Shown here one piece after another: positions 56,055-64,000 of a stretch of 64,000 bases of DNA (positions are counted from its first letter, which is position 1; every line of letters starts with the position of its first letter). The translations under genes were made by a program, and so were the position numbers. The notes under the pieces were generated by a model. It was not told the DNA's origin. It saw nothing but the letters and a program-made list of their open reading frames with translations, and searched no databases. This stretch comes from Curvularia clavata. Taxonomy: Eukaryota. The stretch spans positions 1,674,001 through 1,738,000 of the forward strand of contig CP089274.1 in assembly GCA_023920165.1 (NCBI GenBank), read 5' to 3'.

Positions 56055-59000
56055 AAGATAGTAGTTTTCTTTTTCTTTCTACTATTTCTAGCTCTAGTAT
56101 TAGAGTACTAGGCTAGAGTTAGAGCTTTATTTCTATCTATAGTATTTAGTCTATTAGTAGTAATTTTTAGTATAGATAGTATAGCTAGAAATTCTAATAT
56201 TATTTTAGATATAGTAGTAGAAATAGAAAAAAAATAATATCTTATTAGTTAGATTGGAAGTTAATAATTAATTATATATTTAGCTATTTCTAGATTTAGA
56301 AATAGAAAGCTATTAATATTAAAATAGCTATATATTTTATAGCCTCTAGTCTCTAATTTAGACTATATAATCTACTAAAAAATAAATATACTATATATAG
56401 CTACTATATAGAAATTAGCTAGCTATAGATATATAATATATAGACTATTTTACTATAATTATAAATAGAAAATAGTATAGTAATAAATAAATATTAGTAT
56501 TTATCTATTAGCTTTAGTAATATTGCTTACTTTTATAAAATAGAGATAGACTATTTTACTACTAGCTTTAACTAGATCGCGACTAGATACTTTTCTAGCT
56601 TTTCTTCTACTCTAGCTTACTCTATTATACTATTAGTAGCTACTAGAATAGCTACTAAAATAGAAAATAAAATAATAGAGAGTTTTTATATTATATAGTA
56701 TTATTTCTATTTCTTTAGCTTCTCTAGTGCTAGCTTTTACTATAGCTCTAATAGCTCTATCTAGCCCTCTTCTATTATATTCTATAGCTAGAGTAGCTAT
56801 CTACTTATTATAGCTAGTAGTAATAGTACTTTACTATCTAGTAAACTCTAGAATATAGATCTTTTAATAGGGCTATAGCTATAGCAGCGTATATATAGCT
56901 AAGCAGCTATAAAAAATAGTATACTATATAGATAAATAGAAAGAAAGCTATGTAAGAAAAATAGATTTAGATATAGAAATAGCTAAAGTAGAGAATCTAA
57001 ATATAACGCTAAATATCTAAATTCTACTAGATAGTCTAGCTATAATAACTATATATAGACTATCAAAGTAGCTAGTCTATAGATAGATATAAGTTTTACT
57101 ATTTACTATAATCTAGCTCTTTTTCTAGCTATAGGCTAGCTCCTTTTATAGAAATAGAATATAGACTATTTTAGAGTAGCTCTTACTATAATAGAAGTCT
57201 AAAACTAGCTATAATATATATTCTCTAATAATAGACTAGTAATTTCTAATATAAAAATAGTTAGAAGTAGTACTAGAGCTTTAATTTCTAGCTAATAGTA
57301 GATATTTATATAAGTAAAATATTAGACTAGTAGTATACTCTACTATATCTCTATAGGCGCGCGATACTAAAAACGCTAAAGATCTAAAAAACTAAATTAG
57401 AATTAGCTCTATTAGAGCTTATATGATATATACTATTAATTTCTATATAAGAAATATAAATAGTAGTATAATAGTACTAGCTAATAGTAGTAATTAATAA
57501 AATCTAGATATACTAGTAAGTATCTAGATTCTACTTATTAGTAATTACTAAGCTATACTTTTATTACTAGACCTCTATTTAAACTGTATAATTAGCTAAT
57601 TAGTATTATTTTACTATTAATATATAATAGTAAATAATATTATAAAAATAAAAGTAGTATAGACTATACTTTTACTACTACTAATATCTATATAAGCTCT
57701 ATAGTATAGAGAATTCTTTCTATTTTTCTTTCTACTATAAATATTATAATTTAACTTAATACTAGTAGTAAGTAGTAAATATCTATAAAATACTAGATAG
57801 TAGAGTCTAATTAGTAAGTAAGTTAATAGCGCTACTATCTAGTAAAAATAAAAGTAAAATTAAAATAGCTACTACTAACTTATCTCTAGCTAAAAAGAGA
57901 TAAAATAGTATATTAGCAATACTAAAATAAAATAGTATACTATTAATACTAAAATAAGAATTAGTAAAGTAGTAGCTATAAAGCTACTCTAGCTTAATAT
58001 TATTAGTAGCATCTAGTTAGAAGTTTAAAACTTTTAAACTATTAAGTAGCTTTAGTAATCTAATAATAGTCTTATAAAAGGTATAGAATATTAAAATTAT
58101 TTATAGAAAGTATTAAGATCTATTAGTAGTATAAATAAAATTACTAAGTTAAACTAGATAGATCTTATATAGAAGATCTATATTAAAAAATCAGTTTTTT
58201 TAAGTTTAGAAATTGCTAGCGGCGTAGTAGTAACTTATAGCTAATAATTTTATTAAAAATATAGTACTATTATATAACTTTATATTAGAGCTAATTATTA
58301 TAATTAAAGACGTTTTTAAAAATATATCTAAGCTTATAGAGAAATATAAAAATATAAATAGCTTTAAAGTCTACTATCTAATTTTTAAAATAGCTAAGAA
58401 TATAGTTAATAAGTAGTAGACTAAAATAGTTAATATAGTATCTACTATTAAGTCTATAGAAAGAAATTTTATTTTAGAGTATTTAGCTCTAATTATAAGC
58501 TCTATAATACTTAACTACTTTAGAATTAAAGATATAGTATTTATATTATATTAACTAACTTTAAAATAAGTTATATCTCTTCTTAATATATATATTTTAG
58601 CTAGACTATAAGAGAAAAACTCTAAAAAAGATAAATTTATTAATACTACTGATTAGAGAAAAATAAAGCTACTTTTTAAAAATACTTATACTCTAGCTAA
58701 GAACTATATTTGAAGTATTCTAAATACTTTATAGATTTTTAGTAATAAGTATTATAAGAAGCTAAGTACTCTAGCTAAAAAACTAAAAATAGTTTAGAAT
58801 AATATAAAATATTATATTTAGAAGCTTATTTTATATATTTACTTTACTCTTTTTAATGGAAAACATAATTCTAAAGTAGAGTTCTAGTTAAAAGTTATAA
58901 AATTTATCTATAATCTGAAAATACTATAGATAATCTATTTAGTTTTAAACTATAAAATATTAGCAGCTAATTTTAAATTAAAAGATATTTAGAAATATTC

Positions 59001-59658
59001 TGAATATTATATTCTAGTTCTAGACTAAGTAGATATTATTAAAAAAACTATAAAAAGAAGAGTTCTAACTACTACTATAAAGATTCTAAAAGAGATATAT
59101 ATAGTAAAGTTACTAAGTAGATTCTTATAAGCTAGCTTTCTAGTAAATACTATATATAATAATAATAGCTTCTAAGAAAGAATACATATCTTAAGAAAAT
59201 AATGAACTAGAATTAATAAAATTACTAAAGATATAGAAGCTACTAGTTATAGTATTATAAAACTATTTCTACTAGCTTATAGATAGAAAGCTAGAAATTC
59301 TTATATTTACTATAAGGCGACTATCTAATTCAAAGCTAAGATTAACACTACTAAAATTAATAATAATAAGACTACTAATATAGAAAAGATTATTTAAACT
59401 TTTAGTTTAGACTATTTATATATTTACTATAGTTGGCTTCGGCCTTTTGTGCAATATTTTATAAAACATTTTGTAAATTATATTTTAATTTTTGAACTAA
59501 TAGTCACAACTTACCCAGCTCCGCAAAGCTAGATTGACATATCGTCAACTCCATCCCTCGTGGCGGCAATATCGATGTCCTCTATCTCTACGTCCTCTAT
59601 TTCCTCTACTTTCTTTAACTCTACCTAAATAAAATATAGTAATATGTCTATCTAAGAC

Positions 59659-60049
59659 TAGACTGGTAAATCGGGTATTTAGGTAGGGCTATCGATTATC
59701 TTGGCCAATACTAGTCCAAGTCGTGTAATTCTGACGTCATCAGAAAGCTAGCACTCTAGTCTAAATATTACTAGTATATTATTTAAGTCTAACTCTAATA
59801 GTACTAGCGCTAGAGCTAGAAAAGGGGTAAAAATAGGGGTATACCCGACACATAACCCAGCCCTAGGGCTCACAAACGGGCTATTAAATAACTTTTGGAC
59901 TAAGCTAGATACGGCTTAGCTTTATATTACATGATAGAGTGCGCTAGCTTAGAGCATTAGAATAACGTCAGAATTATCCGATTTGGACTAGTCTTTGATG
60001 AGATATTGATGAAAGAAGAAAAGTGGGTCAATACCCGTTTACCAGTCTA
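59659..60049. mobile_element. Second hAT-type MITE family, 391 bp
   Basis: TIRs TAGACTGGTAAA(T)CGGGTATT, an inner inverted repeat ACTAGTCCAA...AATTCTGACGT, and perfect 8-bp TSD TCTAAGAC. Confidence 0.88.
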
Positions 60050-63000
60050 TCTAAGACTGACTTAAGTTACTCTAAAGACGACCTCTAAAGGCCTACTACT
60101 TAGATATTAGTATATAAGTACTAATAGCCTTTCGAATATTAGCTATATTACTCTCTATCTATTCTATAATTCTTAAGCTAGGTAGTAGTCTAATCTATCT
60201 AATTAACTTCTAGCCGAATTCGTATACTCTTAGAGCTTTCTAGCCGCTTACTAAAGCTACGTAACTATTATTTATTCTTCTTACTTAAATATCTTAAATA
60301 TTATATTGCTTTTAAAGAAACTTAGAGTAATCTATATTAGCGTTAAGAGAAGTAATATATTAGATCTAGATAAGTAGCTACTTTTATAGGTCTATAGCTA
60401 TTATAGAAGAGGGCGGTTCAAGATAGATAAGAGTATAGATTAAAGTGATATAGATAGATATTTAGTATTAGTCTAGAAGATTTAGCGATTGCGATAAAAT
60501 AAATATAATAGGAAGATTTCAAGAATTGAAGAAGCTAATAGATAATATCTAATTAATAAGAAAGATTTTAAAGATTTTAGATACGTAGTAGATGGAAATC
60601 AGTTAGAACGTAATATTAATTAAGTTGCTAGACTAGAGACTAAGTTTATAAGAGCAGAGTATTTATAGTTAGAAGTTATATACTGCGCTACTATCTTGCG
60701 CTTTATATCCTTGTTACATCTATAGTTTATTAAGTATAGATTTTGCTACCTAAAGTTAGATATCTAATAGAGTAGTTATTATTATTTTATAGCTTAGTTC
60801 TATCTGGACTAGTACTAACTTTTTAAGATAAGGGCTAAGTAGTCTTTAGTGCCTAAGGCCTAGAGCCTGAGACCTCGCGTTCGAATCCCTACTTAGATAG
60901 TGTCCTTTATCTTGACTTTTTGATTTTTAGTGGGCTAAGGGGCGGCCTGCCGCTCGTTTATGTTATGTATATTTTGGGCTAATCGCCGCAGACGAGCCAA
61001 TTATGGGAAATAAAAACAGAAATAAATATTTACTATAGATTAGCGCTACTTATTATAATTAAAAATAAGATTGTAAGTAAGAAATATCTAAATAATTTAT
61101 ACAAAGCTATTTTTATTAATATATAGTATATAGAGATATATAAGAAATAGTAGAATACTAATAAGTTTTCAAACTATGAATATATATATTTTATATATAT
61201 CTAGATAGTAGCTACTAAAATAGATATTTTTCAATAGACTATAATTTAGAATTAGCTAAATAGAGTATTTATATTTCTATATCTAAATAAAATTTACTAG
61301 TATATTATCTACTTTAAAGCTATATTAATAAGACTCTTTATAAAGAGATATTATCTATAGTACTAGATAGATAATATACTAAGCTACTAGTATCGTCTAT
61401 AGCTATATAGTGTCTTTAACACTATCAACTAGAATAGGGTTATTACTATAGTATATTTTAAAAAGAAAATAGATAAATTTTATTATATAGATAGTATTCT
61501 TAATATAAACTTCATATAGATATTTAAGAATCTAGAGCTTATTTAAATTATTAATAGAATTTTTAAAATATATAAATTCTACAAACGCTATATAGATAGA
61601 AAGTTGAATTTAGGCTAGCTATATAATATATTCTACTCTCTACTATAGTAGGCTATCTAGAGAGACCTATAGTACTAGCTAATATACTTAATAATTAGAT
61701 AAGAGTATATACTAGTCGCCTATCTATACAATACTAAATATACCTATAATAGTAATTTTACTATATATAAAAATATAGATCTTAACTTATATAAAATAGT
61801 TATAACTAGACTAGAGGCTAAAATAATCCAAAATAGTATTCCTTTTAATAATAATGATAATAAAAACTATATACTACTACTTATAAGCTTCTATAGATAT
61901 ATTAAAAAGTATCTAGCTTAGTATAAAAGTAAAAATAAAAGATTAACTAGCTATATTAAGAGCTAGAAAGATATAATAGACTAGCTAGAAGAAATCTAAG
62001 TATAGCTATCTAAAATTAAATAGAAACTCTAACTATATAAGATAGATATAGTCTATATCTTTTATCTACTACTACTATATACTTTTACTAGTCTAGCTAC
62101 TTAGAATAAATAGACTATTCTTCTATAGTTTATTATAGTTTAATAAAGAGAGATAGAGAATCTAGTAATAGATATCTATAATACAATTATAAAAGTATAT
62201 AGAAATCTACTAATAGTACTATAAACGCTCTCTAGCTATCTAAATAAGTATAGAAGAATTTACCAATTTTTTTTATAGATATTTATATTAATTTTAAATC
62301 TATAGTCTTAGAAATTCTACTTTACTAAGTTAAATGGAAAGATTTTCTAGTACTTAAAAAGCTATATAATCTTTTTAAGAAATATAGTTCTAGATATATT
62401 AATCAGTATATATAGTTTTATAGATGGTATATTATTATAGAGCTTAAATAGCTATTTTTTATAATTAGGTAGCTAGAGTAAGATATTTTCTATACTATCT
62501 TTAAGTAGAGTATATCTAACTATTTCTATTTTAGTACTTATAGAAAGTATCTAAAATAGAAAAATAATATTTAAACTAACTAGAATAGAAATATTATTTA
62601 AAAGAATAGGCTATAAGCTCCACTCAATAAGTTAAATATAGAGATAGATAAGTAAGCTAAGCTAAATAAAATATTTAGAAGTAGCTAAAATAATAGTAAT
62701 AATAATACTAGTAAAAATAGAAATTTAAATAATAGAACTATTATCTTTTCTACTTTTTATTTACGCACTCGTGCTACTATATTTAGCTAGATTAAATCTT
62801 TATTTTAAAAATAGGCTATGTAAAATAGATATATATAAATTAAGTTAACTAATAAGATAACTAAGTTTTATAAGAGTAAACGTCTATACTACTAAAAGGA
62901 GAAAGAGTATATAAATATTAGTTAGAATAAAGATATAACTAGATAGATAGATAAATGATAGAATGTAGATATCTACTAAAATATTGAAAATCTATATTAC

Positions 63001-63519
63001 TAATAGTAGTAGTAGCTCTAAAAATATCAAGTAACTTATTTAATAGTTTTTATTTTTTTTTATATCTAATAGGTAAATAGATATCTATAAACTACTAGAG
63101 AAGACTCTAGACTATTATATAGACTATAGTCTATAGCTATTATAAGAGTAAACAAAATCTTAACTCTATAAAACTATACTTTAATATCTATAATAGCTCT
63201 ATATATACTAAGCTACTATTAGATTTAAAATTAACTATTATAACTCTACTATATATTATACTATAGAGTATTTTATAATAAAATTTTGTCTAATAATATA
63301 GATGTATAAGATAGATATATACTAACTTAGAGCTATTAGAGTCTATACTCTATAGTCTAGCTCTACTTACCTCTATATTCTAGTTAATCTAGTCTACTCT
63401 CTACCTATATCTTAGCTAGTCTAGCCTACTCTAATCTATATTATATCTAATTTAACTTTAGTCTATAATTTAGTCTGAGTAGCTCTATCTTAATCTAGAT
63501 AGCTTTTTAATATATAAAT

Positions 63520-63593
63520 CAGGGCTAGAGTTAAGCTAGGTTAGCTTATATAAGACCTAACTCTGCCCTAACCCCAATCTAAATACCACCCTA
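63520..63593 (+). mobile_element. Right end of a hAT-family element related to the 419-bp MITE
   Basis: Aligns with ~50468-50540 (…AAATACCACCCTA); upstream sequence differs from the MITE. Confidence 0.75.
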
Positions 63594-64000
63594 ACTATTT
63601 TATATAGAGATTAGTTAGCACTTGAAATTTAGTATACTATATATAGTCTAGTTAGTATAGTAACAAATATAATTAGCTGTCAAAGTAGAGTAAAGTAAAA
63701 AAGCAAAATAAACGTTACTTTTTCGCGCTTAAATATTAAAGTATTTCCAGATTTTAGTATATAAATATATAATATATATTAAGTTTGGCTTTAGGCTTTT
63801 GTATAATATTTTATAAGAAAAATTGAAATTATTGTTTATTTTTAAACTAGTACTTGTGATCTATCTAGCTCTATAGAGTTAAATTAATTTATTATTAATT
63901 TCTTTTCTTATAATAGCGATATTAAGTTTCCCTATCTCTATATTTTCTATTTTCTCTACTTTTTTAAATTTTATCTAGATTAACCACAGTAATATATCTA

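Larger units (their letters stand above)
28180..64000. other. AT-rich, RIP-mutated repeat block (interrupted by two un-RIPped LTR insertions)
   Basis: Abrupt AT increase, TpA/TAG/CTA excess and CpA/TpG depletion. Essentially no ORFs after 50.5 kb. Confidence 0.92.

Noticed and set aside
56060..59420. Gene-like RIPped sequence (also 53063-55635 and 61010-63500)
   Set aside because: Too degraded to assign by eye; needs deRIP and a translated search.
60830..60895. GTTCGAATCC B-box suggesting a tRNA or SINE
   Set aside because: The flanks do not form a T-stem or acceptor stem, and I could not build a cloverleaf.

Overview
Filamentous ascomycete DNA: short GT-AG introns with CTRAC branch points, plus RIP signatures. 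It is probably a Dothideomycete/Pleosporales, but that is an inference. Bases 1-23.5 kb are a gene-dense core region: SAM methyltransferase, CCR4, SEC14, CTP1, MAM33, an orphan, HPC2, NOP56, CCT6 and a GH47 mannosidase. At 24.5-28 kb sits a tail-to-tail pair, a TPR-ankyrin-TIR/HET-like gene and a cupin gene. The two share a homologous ~60-aa segment and look like complementary halves of one duplicated ancestor, making them a candidate two-component immune/incompatibility module. From ~28.2 kb to the end is an AT-rich, RIP-degraded repeat block with hAT MITEs (8-bp TSDs) and a dead Fot1/pogo element. Two pristine chromoviral Ty3/gypsy families have inserted into it: a 14.3-kb three-LTR tandem (family A) and a 7.2-kb element (family B). 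Each family carries an antisense Cys-cluster/coiled-coil accessory gene upstream of the 3' LTR. It has Zn2Cys6 spacing in A and an intron in B. All calls are by eye; no searches were run.
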